NCBI RefSeq assembly: GCF_963921235.1
Contig: NC_086108.1
Span: 104,596,001 to 104,660,000 of the forward strand
Direction of reading: 5' to 3'
From: Mobula hypostoma
Lineage: Eukaryota
DNA: 64,000 bases
In this document: positions 38,701-50,700 of the stretch, piece after piece
How positions within the stretch are numbered: the first letter of the stretch is position 1
Layout of the letters: each line of letters starts with the position of its first letter
Notes under the pieces: generated by a model
The model's database searches: none
What the model saw: only the letters and a program-made list of their open reading frames with translations
What the model was told of the DNA's origin: nothing
Translations under genes and position numbers: made by a program

Positions 38701-41700
38701 AAGTGTTGCCTCACCTGGAAGGACTGTCTGGGGCCCTGAATGGTGGTAAGGGAGGAAGTATAAGGGCATGTGTAGCACTTGTTCCGCTTACAAGGATAAG
38801 TGCCAGGAGGGAGATCAGTGGGGAGGGATGGGGGGGCACGAATGGACAAGGGAGTCGCGTAGGGAGCAATCCCTGCGGAAAGCAGAGGGGGGGAGGGAAA
38901 GATGTGCTTAGTGGTGGGATCCGGTTGGAGGTGGCGAAAGTTATGGAGAATAATATGTTGGATCTGGAGGCTGGTGGGGTGGTAGGTGAGGACCAGGGGA
39001 ACCCTATTCCTAGTGAGGTGGCGGGAGGATGGAGAGAGAGCAGATATGCGTGAAATGGAGGAGATGCGTTTGAGAGCATAGTTGATGGTGGAGGAAGGGA
39101 AGCCCCTTTCTTTAAAAAAGGAGGACATCTCCCTCGTCCTGGAATGAAAAGCCTCATCCTGAGAGCAGATGTGGCGGAGATGGAGGAATTGCGAGAAGGG
39201 GATGGGATCTTACATCCTTCACATACAAGAGGAGTAAAAATCTTTATGTTACGTCTCTGTCTAAATGTGCAATGTGCAAATTATAGTGGTGGCATCCGTT
39301 AGTCTCTTGAGACCATGGATCTGCGCCTGGAAAGTCTTGCTTCAGTCTGTGTTAGAGCAGCGTCTGTTGTGGCTGTAGAGGTCCACACGGGAGTGACAGT
39401 CTCGGCTGCAGCGACTGCACTTGAAGGCGCTGTCCTCCAGTGTTGTCTTGGTGCTGTTTTTCCGACGAGTGCGCTTCTCTTCAGCAGCAAGCCTCAGCTT
39501 CTCTTCTCCTCTTTTTAGACCTCTGCGTAGTTCCAGTCTCCAGTGAGAGCGATCGCTTGCGATGTCCTCCCACCTCTCGACGTTCATTTTCAGTGACTTC
39601 ATGTCTCTCTTGCAAACGTCTTTGAAACTAAGATGAGGCCGCCCTTGTGCCCTCTTGCCAGAGGCCAGCTCCCCGTACAGCAGGTCTTTCAGGATCCTCC
39701 CGTCTGACATGTGGTGTACGTGGCCCAGCCGGCGGAGATGACGTTGTTGGAGCAGGGTGAAGAGGCTGGGTATCTGGGCTTGGGCCAGGACCTCATTGTT
39801 GGTGACTTGGTCAGTCCACATGATGTCCAGGATGCGTCTCAGGCTGCGAAGGTGGAAGGCGTTGAGATGCTGCTCTTGTCTGTAGTAGAGGCTCCAGGTC
39901 TCGCTGCCGTAAAGCAGTGTGCTGAGGACGCAGGCCCCGTAGACTGCAACTTTGGTGTGCATCGTCAGCTTTCTGTTCTCCCAGACTCTCTTTGTCAGCC
40001 TGGCGAATGTTGAGGCTGCTCGTCCGATCCGTCTATTGATCTCGGGGTCTAGGGAGAGGCTGTCCGTGGTGGTGGAGCCAAGGTATGTAAACTCGTGAAC
40101 TACCTCCAGTTCGTAGATGTTGATGGTAATGGTGGGGGGTGCTCATCGTCTTGGCCCAACATGTTGGTTTTCTTCAGGCTGATAGTCAAGCTGAAGTCCT
40201 GGCAGCCCTGTCATGGAGGTGAAGCGTGTTGCACTACTAGAGCACAACCGCCACCCCACCCAGGCAACACTGTAAGCGCTAAGGACAGCAAGAAGCAAGG
40301 CCCAGGAAACAGCCAGACGCTGTACAAATGACTACTGGCTACAACTATGCGAAAGCATTCAGTCATCATTTGACACAGGCAACAACCGTGGAGTGTACGA
40401 GGGGATCAAGAAAGCCATCGGGCCAACCCAGAGCAAGACAGCACCATTGAAAACCATACAGGCGAGACCATCAATGACAAAGGCAAGCATATGGAGAGAT
40501 GGGTGGAGCATTACTCTGAACTCTTCTTCAGAGAAAATAGCATCTCGGCCAGTGCACTAGATGCTGTGAAATGCCTGCCTGTCATGGAGGAACTTGATGC
40601 ATTGCCGACTGCCGAAGAGCTGAGTAAAGCCATCAACAGCCTGCCCACTGGGAAGGCACCAGGATTGGATGGCATTTCACCAGAAGCCATCAAATGCGCA
40701 AAGGGTGTCCTGATAAACCACCTGCACGAACTACTGTGCCAGTGCTGGACAGAGGGAGCAGTGCCGCAAGACATGAGAGACTGCAACATTGTCACCATAT
40801 ATAAGAACAAAGGGGACAGAAGCGACTGTAACAGCTGCAGGGGAATCTCCTTGCTGAGCATCGTTGGGAAGGTCTTCGCCCGCGTGGTCCTAAACAAACT
40901 GCAGAAAATAGCCGAAAGGGTATATCCCGAGTCTCAGTGTGGTTTAGGGTCGGAACGCTTCACAATCGACATGATCTTCTCCCTTCGACAGCTACAAGAG
41001 AAATGCAGAGAGCAAAGACAACCACTCTACGTCGCTTTCATTGACCTTACGAAGGCCTTCGACCTTGTGAGCAGAGACGGCCTGTTCAAAATCCTCACCA
41101 GGGTTGGTTGTCCCCCGAGGCTCCTCAGGATAGTTCAGTCATTCCACACAGACATGAAGGGCGTCGTTCAGTTCGACGGCTCTTCTTCGGAGGCCTTCAA
41201 CATCCGCAGCGGTGTGAAGCAGGGCTGTGTGCTTGCCCCCACCCTGTCTGGCATCTTCTTCACTGTCATGCTGAAGCATGCCTTTGGAACATCAACGTCC
41301 ACACCAGATAGGACGGGCGGCTGTTCAGTCTGTCCCGGCTGAGGGCAAAAACCAAGGTTCGTGAAGTACTCATCAGGGACATGTTGTTTGCAGACGACGC
41401 GGCACTGGCAACACACTCTGAAGAGCAACTGCAACGCCTCATGGACAGCTTCTCAAGAGCCTGCAAATTATAGTAATTTGTAATAAATAGTAAGATATAC
41501 AACAGAACAGTCAATATAGCTTAGAAATACAATTGCAAAAGTGTGAATTAATCAGTCTGATGGCCTGGTGGAAGAAGCTGTCCCGGAGCCTGTTGGTCCT
41601 GGCTTTAATGCTGTGGTACCGTTTCCTGGATGGTAGCAGCTGAAACTGTTTGTGATTGGGGTGACTCAGGTCCCCAATGATCCTTTGGGCCCTTTTAATG

Positions 41701-44700
41701 TGTCTGTTGCTATAAATGTCCTGAATAGTGGGAAGTTCACATCCACAGATGCTCTGGGCTGTCCACACCACTCTGCAGTGTCCTGCGATTGAGGAAAGTA
41801 CAGTTCCCATACCAGGCAGTGATGCAGCCAGTCAGGATGCTCTCAGTTGTGCCCCTGTAGAAAGTCCTTAGGGTTTGGGGACTCATACCAAACTTCTTCA
41901 ACCATCTGAGGTGAAAGAGGTGCTGTTGTGCTTTTTTCACCACACAGCCGATATATGTACAGACCAAATGAGATCCTCGGTGATGTGTATACCGAGGAAC
42001 ATGAAGCTGTTCACCCTCTCATTGATGTCAATGGGGGTTAGCCTGTCTCCGTTCCTCCTGTAGTCCACAACCAGCTCCTTAGTTTTTGTGACATCGAGGG
42101 AGAGATTGTTTTCTTGACACCACTGTGTCAGGGTGATAAGTTCTCTGTAGCCTGTCTCATTACTTGAGGTAAGGCCAATCAGTGTAGTATCATCTGCAAA
42201 TTTAATTAGCAGATTGGGGCTGTGGGTGGCGACAGTTATGGGTGCACAGAGAGTAAAGGATCAACGTCATACTTTCTTGCAACCACACAGCTGGTGTCAT
42301 GTTTCCTGTAAAAACATCTTTCAGCTCTTGGGTTGTTTAAAAAAAAAAGCATGTGTTGCTTCACTTCGCAGTAAGGATAATTTTATTTGATTTTTTATTA
42401 TGGGTAGGGTTTAGAGAATCTAAGGGCAGCACTGCAAACCATGTACTAACAAAATTTTTACATGTACCATAGGTTCACCTTTGCTGCTAAGAGAACAACA
42501 ACTGTATGAACACATGATCAAAGTTAAAGTTATTATCAAAGTAGCTATATGTTAAATTATACCACCCTGAGATTCATTTGCTTATAGGTATTTTACATGA
42601 AAATAAATAATAGAACTTATGAAAAACTATACATAAACAAAGACCGACAAATAACCAATGTGCAAAATGATGAGAAACAGTTTCTGGCCCCAGGCCATTA
42701 GGCTTCTGAACTCCTGACTGCATAGTATTCAAAGAGTCTCTGATTAATCTGTTGCATACCTTCCAATGTTTAAAATTAATATACTTCAGTTTGTTATTTA
42801 TGTGTAATTTTATCTGTACCTTCATAAGTTATATTGTGTTATGTGTGTCATGACTGTGTTCCTGTACACGGTTCTAACTCCATAATTAAGTCGCAGATGA
42901 CACCACGGTGGTTGGCCTGATCAGAGGGGATGACGAGACGGCCTACAGGGATGGGGTCCAGCGCCTGGCTGCGTGGTGTGCTGATAACAACCTGGCTCTT
43001 AACACGCAGAAGACCAAGGAGATTATTGTGGACTTCGGGGATGCTAGGAGCCACACTCATGTCCCCATCTACATCAACGGAGCTGTAGTGCAGCGTGTAT
43101 CAAGCTTCAAATTCCTTGGTGTCCACATTTCTGATGATCTCACCCGGTCCCTGAACTCCTCCATCCTGGTCAAAAAGGTGCAACAGCGCCTTTATTTTCT
43201 GTGGAATATCAAGAAAGCTCACCTCTGTCCCAGGATACTGACAGACATTTACTGCTGTGCCATTGAGAGTATACTCACCAACTGCATCTCAATGTGGTAT
43301 AGCAATTGTCCCGTATCAGACTGCAAAGCACTCCAGTGGGTGGTGAAAACTGCCCAGCAGATTATCGGCACTCAGTTGCCCACCATTGAGAACATCTACC
43401 ATAAACGCTGCCTGGGCAGGGCGAAAAGCATTATCAAGGATGCATCTCACCCTAATCATGGACTTTTTTACTCTTCTCCCATCCGGTAGGCGCTACAGGA
43501 GCCTCCGCTCCCGCACCAGCAGGCACAGGAAGAGTTTCTTCCCTGAGGCTGTGACCCTGCTGAACCTCACATCACAGCGCTAAGCAGTATTGCACCCATA
43601 TTGTACTGTCTCAGTACTTTTATATTTGTGTGCTGTAGCACTTACTTTTTATTCGCAGTTATTTTGTAAATAATACTATTCTTTTGCACTTCCGGTTAGA
43701 TGCTAATTGCATTTCATTGGCTTTGTATCTGTACTTGGCACAATGACAATAAAGTTGAATCTAATCTAATCTAATCCAATCTATTGTCCTTTACACCCTA
43801 GTCTGAAGAAATGTCTCATTTCTATATACATTATATGGTTATATATGTTATACACACACATACATATATATAGTTAAATGACAATAAACTTGACTTGACT
43901 TGAAAAGAGAAATTGTGCAAACAAGAAAGTAATACTGAGAACATGAATTGTAGAGTGCTTGAAAATGAGTTCCTAGGTTGTGGAATTAGTTCAGTATTGC
44001 AGTGAGTGAAGTTATTCACACTGGTTCAGGAGACTGATGATTATCAGGTAATAAATGTTCCTTAAATAGTGGAGTGGGACTTTAGGCTCCTCTACCTCTT
44101 GCCTGACGGTAGTAGTGAGAAGAGAGCATGGCATGACAGTGAGGTCCTTAATGATTGATGCTGATTCCTTGTGACGTGTAAATGTGCTCGATGGAGGGGA
44201 GAGCTTTGCCCATGAAGGACTGGGCTGTGTCCACCACTTTCTGTAGGCTTTTCCCTTCCTGCGCACTGGTGATTCAAAGATTCAAAGCAGATTTATTATC
44301 AAAGAATATACAAATTATACATCCTTGAGATTTATTTGCTCACAGGTAGCCACAAAGCAAGAAACTCAAAAAAAAAACACAATAAAAAAAAACACCTCAT
44401 GCACAAGAGAAAGAAAAAAAAACACAAATCATGAAAACAATTGAAGAGAACAGCTATATCTAGCCATTGCAACAACACCTTCCACACCAGGCCATGATTC
44501 AATCAGTTAGGATACTCAACATGGTGTTGCACGGACGTGGCTGGGGACGAACCCAAGTGCAGGACACAGATGCTGAGGCAGAGTCGTTAGGCGTAGCACT
44601 TCTGCGAACGGGGAGCCGATATCCAGGAGACGACGCAAAGCTTAGAACGAACAATTCTCAGGAATAGGAAACAAGGCTTACTCTCACAAGAGTCGGCCAA

Positions 44701-47700
44701 CAAACTGGCGAGCCTGTGTAGTGACACCATTGTACTCATTTCACAGTCTCTGATGCAAACCAGGTGTACCATAATTGAGTAAACTAGCAGCAATTGGAAA
44801 TCTAATGTCTGTAATAGGGCATAATCAGGGAGAAAGGAGCATTAAAGGGGAACAACCAAACAGAACCATGACACACGGTGCATCCATCCATCAGATGCAA
44901 TTTGACCTGGAAGTATATCCCCCTTCTTTCATTGTCATTGGACCCAAATCATGGAACTCCCTTCCCAACAGCACAGTGAGATTCCTTCACTACGTGGACA
45001 ATTACAGTTCAAGCAAGCTTCCCATTGTTCATTTCTCAATGGTAGGCAGAACAAGTTAGAAGCTAGGTGTTTAATGTCAATGGATCAACCCCATGACTGT
45101 CACAAGCCTTAGCATTTTCAGTGAGATGTTGTTTCCCTTGCTGGGATAAAGCAGTTGCAGCAACACATAGCAAACTCAGCACAATTTAAGCCAAGTAATC
45201 CTGCTGGTTTATTAACCAAACAAATATTATATCTGCAACGAGTGCCAGGTGTGGTGAAATAATCTGTATGGATGACATGGAAAACAATGTTTTCACTGTA
45301 CCTCAGTACATGGGCACTAGCCTCCAACTCCTGCAGTCAATATCCTGATTTATGAAGGCCAATGGACTAAAAACTCTTTAGACATCCATATTGAGCTATG
45401 ATTTCACTCTCAGGAAGCTATGTTGTTCTTCATTATCTTTGGATCCATATCTGGGAATTCACTCACCAACCTACAATAAACAGGATCAGAAAAGGTTGCA
45501 GAGGATTGTAAACTCAGGCAGCTCTATCACAGGCACAATCCTCCCTACCCTCGACAACATCTTCAAGAAGGCGTCATTCATTGTTCAAGAATCTTTAACA
45601 TTCAGAACATGACCTCTTTTCATTACTACCATGATGGAGGAGATACAGGAGCCTTAAGACACATAGTAAATGTTTTAGGAACAGCTCCTTCCCCTCCACC
45701 ATCAGATTTCTGAACAGGCCAATGAACCCATGAACGCCACCCCATTATTTTGGTCTCTTTCTTCATGGCTTACTTATTTTAATATATTTTTTATTGCAAA
45801 GTAAAAAATTATGTATTCTTTTGCAGCTGCAAAATAAAAAAATCCACAACATATCTCACTAATTTCTCGCTTTTTGCACTAGTTATTTCTTATATATTCT
45901 TATTGTAATTTATAGTATATTTTCTGAATTTCACTGTACTGCTGCCATAAAGTAACAGATTTCCTGAACTATGTCAGTGATAATAAAGCTGAAAATATAA
46001 ACTAATCTACCAATTTCTTGCACTGCAAGTAATCACCAAGGTTTCATCTAGAATGAAGCCAAAATCATTGTGATGTGAATATAGACCGCTGTTCCTTCAT
46101 TAGCACAGTGAAGAGTTGCTGCCTCACATCTCCAGAGACCCGATCGTGTTCGTGTGGAGTTTCCATGCTGTCTTTGCGGGTTTTCCCTCTGGCGATCCCA
46201 AAAATCCAAAAATTGCAAAATGTTAGCTTTGCTCACTAGAAGTTGCCCCTAGTGTGTTGGGTGACTGGTTGAATCTGGAGAGTGCTGATCAAGGGTTAAG
46301 AATCAACTTTATTTGTCATATAATACACATCAAAGTTGCTGGTGAATGCAACAGGCCAGGCAGCATCTGTAGGAAGAGGTACAATCAACGTTTCTGGCCG
46401 AGATCCTTCGTCAGGACTAACAAAGGAAGAGTTAGTAAGAGATTTGAAAGTACGAGGGGGAGGGGGAGATCCAAAATAATAGGAGAAGACAGGAGGGGGA
46501 GGGATGGAGCCAAGAGCTGGACAGGTGACTGGCAAAAGGGATATGAGAGGATCATGGGACAGGAGGCCTAGGGAGAAAGAAAAGGCGGTGGGGGGGGGAA
46601 CCCAGAGGATGGGCAAGCGGTATAGTGAGAGGGACAGAGGGAGAAAAAGGAGAGAGAGAAAAAGAATGTGTGGTGTATATAAATAAATAACAGATGGGGT
46701 ACGAGGGGGAGGTGGGGCATTAGCGGAAGTTTGACCTTTTGCCAATCACCTGTCCAGCTCTTGGCTCCATCCCTCCCCCTCCTGTCTTCTCCTATCATTT
46801 TGGATCTCCCCCTCCCACTTGCAAATCTCTTACTAGCTCTTCTTTCAGTTAGTCCTGACGAAGGGTCTTGGCCCGAAACGTCGACTGTACCTCTTCCTAG
46901 AGATGCTGCCTGGCCTGCTGCGTTCACCAGCAACTTTGATGTGTGTTGCTTGAATTTCTAGCATCTGCAGAATTCCTCATGTTATTTGTCATGTAGATTT
47001 ACATGTAACAGGAATTTGTTGAGATGCATTGGTGTGACATGCAACAGAAATGACATTCAACTACTATAAAGAGTTATCTAAAAATAAAGTTAGAAGTACA
47101 GATATGGAATAAAAGTGCTTAAATATATAAATACCAACTTGTATTTACAATATAAGCAGAATTATACATACAAATGCTCTGGTTTCCTCCCACATAGATA
47201 GAAGGGGGTGAGGCTAACTAGAATGGTTAATGAGATTAAATGTCTGGGGAAAGAAACTTTTAAGATGGTGTGAAGTTTGTTTGTTTTTTTTTTGTTTCAA
47301 TAGCCCTGTAATGCTTTCCAGAAGGGAGGTTCTGGAAAAGGCAATTTGCAAGGTGGGTTGAATCCACAATGATTTCCTTCTGCCTACTTTGTCATGGACA
47401 CTGCAGTGTCGGTAGATTGCAGCCAATAATCTTTTCTGCTGTCCTGAAAATGGTTTTGTAGTTTTGGGAAGGTGGGGGGAATAAAAAAGGATTAAGGAAA
47501 GCATTGTAGGCAGCGCGGTAGCATAGTGGGTTCAATTCCTGCCGCTGTCTGTTAAGGAATTTGTATGTTCTCCCCATGAACACTTGGGTTTCTTCCAGAT
47601 ACTTTTATTTCTTGCCACATTCCAAAGACGTATGGGTTAGAGTTAGTAAATTGGGGGGGCATGCTTGGTTCGCACTGGAAGCGTGGTGACTCTTGCGGGC

Positions 47701-50700
47701 CGTGCCCAGCACATCTTGGACTGTGTTGGTCCTTGATGCAAACAACTCACTTCACTGTATGTTTCTATACATATGTCACAAATAATGCAAATCTCCAATC
47801 TTTAAATCTTTTGGAAAGGATTAGTGTATAAATGGACACTTGTCTATGAGTAAAGACGTGATGGGCCGAAAGGCCTGTTAAGTCATAGTCATACTTTATT
47901 GATCCCGGGGGAAATTGGTTTTCATTACAGTTGCACCATAATTAAATAGTAATAAAACCATAAATAATTAAATAGTAATATGTAAATTATGCCAGGAAAT
48001 AAGTCCAGGGTCCAGGACCAGCCTGTCGGCATAGGGAGTCTGACCCTCCAAGGGAGGAGTTGTAAAGTTTGATGGCCACAGGCAGGAATGACTTCCTATG
48101 ACGCTCTGTGTTGCATCTTGGTAGAATGAGTCTCTGGCTGAATGTACTCCTGTGCCCAACCAATACATTATGTAGTGGATGGAAGACATTGTCCAAGATG
48201 GCATGCAACTTGGATAGCATCCTCTTTTCAGACACCACCAGAGAGTCCAGTTCCATCCCCACAACATCACTGGCCTTACAAATGAGTTTGTTGATTCTGT
48301 TGGTGTCTGCTACCCTCAGCCTGCTGCCCCAGAACACAACAGCAAACATGATAGCACTGGCCACCACAGATTCGTAGAACATCCTCAGCATCGTCTGGCA
48401 GATGTTAAAGAACCTCAGTCTCCTCAGGAAATAGAGATGGCTCTGACCCTTCTTGTAGACAGCCTCAGTGTTCTTTGACCAGTCCAGTTTATTGTCAATT
48501 CATATCCCCAGGTATGTGTAATCCTCCACCATGTCCACACTGACCCCCTGGATGGAAACAGGGGTCACCGGTACCTTAGCCCTCCTCAGGTCTACCAACA
48601 GCTCCTTAGTCTTCTTCACATTAAGCTGCAGATAATTCTGCTCACACCATGTGACAATGTTTCCTACCGTAGCCCTGTACTCAGCCTCATCTTCCCTGCT
48701 GATGCATCCAACTACGGCAGAGTCATCAGAAAACTTCTGAAGATGACAAGACTCTGTGCAGTAGTTGAAGTCCAAGGTGTAAATGGTGAAGAGAAAGGGA
48801 GACAAGACAGTCCCCTGTGGAGCCCCAGTGCTGCTGATCACTCTGTTGTACTGTGGTCTGCCAGTCAGGTAATCAAGAATCCATGACACCAGGAAAGCAT
48901 CCACCTGCATTGCTGTCAGCTTCTCCCCCAGCAGAGCAGGGCGGATGGTGTTGAACGACTGGAGAAGTCAAAAAACATGACCCACACAGTGCTCGCTGGC
49001 TTGTCCAGGTGGGCGTAGACACGGTTCAGCAAGTAGACGATGGCATCCTCCTAGTTGGGGCTGGTAGGCGCACTGGAGGGGATCTAACTGTGGCCTGACC
49101 ATAGGCCAGAGCAGCTCCAGAACAAGTCTCTCCAGGGTCTTCATGATGTGGGAGGTCAATGCTACCGGTCTGTAGTCATTGAGGCCGCTGGGGCGCAGTG
49201 TCTTCGGCACAGGGACGAGGCAGGACGTCTTCCACAGTACAGGAACCCTCCGGAGCCTCAGGCTCAGGTTGAAGACATGGCGAAGTACTCCACATAGCTG
49301 AGGGGCACAGGCTTTGAGCACCCTGGTACTGACACCTCTGGTCCTGCAGCCTGGCTTGGGTTGAGACGTTTCAGCTGTCTTCTCACCTGTTCTGCTGTGA
49401 AGCCCACCGTGGTGGTTTCGTGTGGGGAAGGGGTATAGTCAAGAGAGCAGGGAGGGGGACTGTGAGGAGGGGTAGGAGGGTAGAGTGGAATATGTGTTGG
49501 TTGGGGGCCGACAACAGATGACTCATGTGGGGGATGGGCAGGGGCCACAATGTCAAATCTGTTAAAGAACAGATTAAGTTCGTTGGCCCTGTCACACTGC
49601 CTTCAGCTCCTCTGTTGCTAGTTTGCTGGAACCCAGTGATGGTCCTCATCCTCCTCCAGACCTCTCTCATGTTGTTTTGCTGGAGTTTCCACTCAAGCTT
49701 CCTCCTGTACCTGTCTTTAGCCTCCCTGATCCTGGCTTTCAGGTCCCTCTGTATTGTCCTCAGCTCCTCCCTATTTCCATGTCTAAACGCCCTCTTTTTA
49801 GCGTTCAGGATGTCCTTAATGTCCTTTGTCACCCATGGTTTGTTATTTGAATAACAAAGGACAGTTCTTGTTGGAACATTGCAGTCCACACAGAAGTTGA
49901 TGTAATCAGTGATGCACTCTGTGAGCCCATCAATATCCTCTCCATGTGGCTCACAGAGTGCCTGCCAGTCTGTCACCTCAGAACAACCCTGGAGCGCCTC
50001 ATAAGCCTCCTCCAACCATTTCCTCACTGTCCTCGAGGTTGCAAGTTTACTCTTCACCAGAGGCACGTAGCAGGATTTTAGATGCACCAGGTTGTGATCT
50101 GACCTTCCCAGTGGGGGGAGGAGAGAGGAGCTGTATGCATCCTTAACGTTAGCGTACATCAAATCCAGAGTCCTTTCCCCTCTAGTTGTATAGCTCATAC
50201 ACTGCGTGAAGTTGGGCAGTGTTCTAACCATGGTAACATGGTTGAAGTCACTCGAGATGGTAATGAGGGCACTTGGGTGCTGGGTTTGTAATCTGGCTAT
50301 GACAGTGTAAATGATGTTACACGCCAACGTCGGGTTGGCAGAGGGAGGGATGTACACAACAACCACAATTGCATGCGAGATTTCCCTTGGCAAATAATAT
50401 GGCTGGAGTCCAACAGCAAAAAGTTCAATATCCGGGCTACAAACATGTTCCTTGATCGTAATATGACCAGGATTGCACCATCTGTTATTTACCAGAACAG
50501 CAAGCCCCCCTCCTTCACTTACCGCTCTCAGTGTAATTCCGGTCAGCCCGAACGGTCTGGAAGCCCTCTATGGAAATGTTTTGATCAGGTATGTCCTCAT
50601 GCAGCCACGTTTCAGTAAAACACATGACATTGCTCTCCCGAAATGTTCTCTGACTCCTGACAAGTGCCGTCAATTTGTCCATTTTATTACCCAGTGATCT

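Larger units (their letters stand above)
46320..46981. mobile_element. Penelope-like insertion made of two inverted pLTR segments
   Basis: 46325-46539 is the reverse complement of 46735-46944; TSD TTATTTGTCAT (46309-46319, 46982-46992). Confidence 0.88.

Noticed and set aside
40491..41342. 283-aa RT ORF as an active or domesticated gene
   Set aside because: Truncated, frameshifted before the FADD motif, and part of a rearranged RTE copy.
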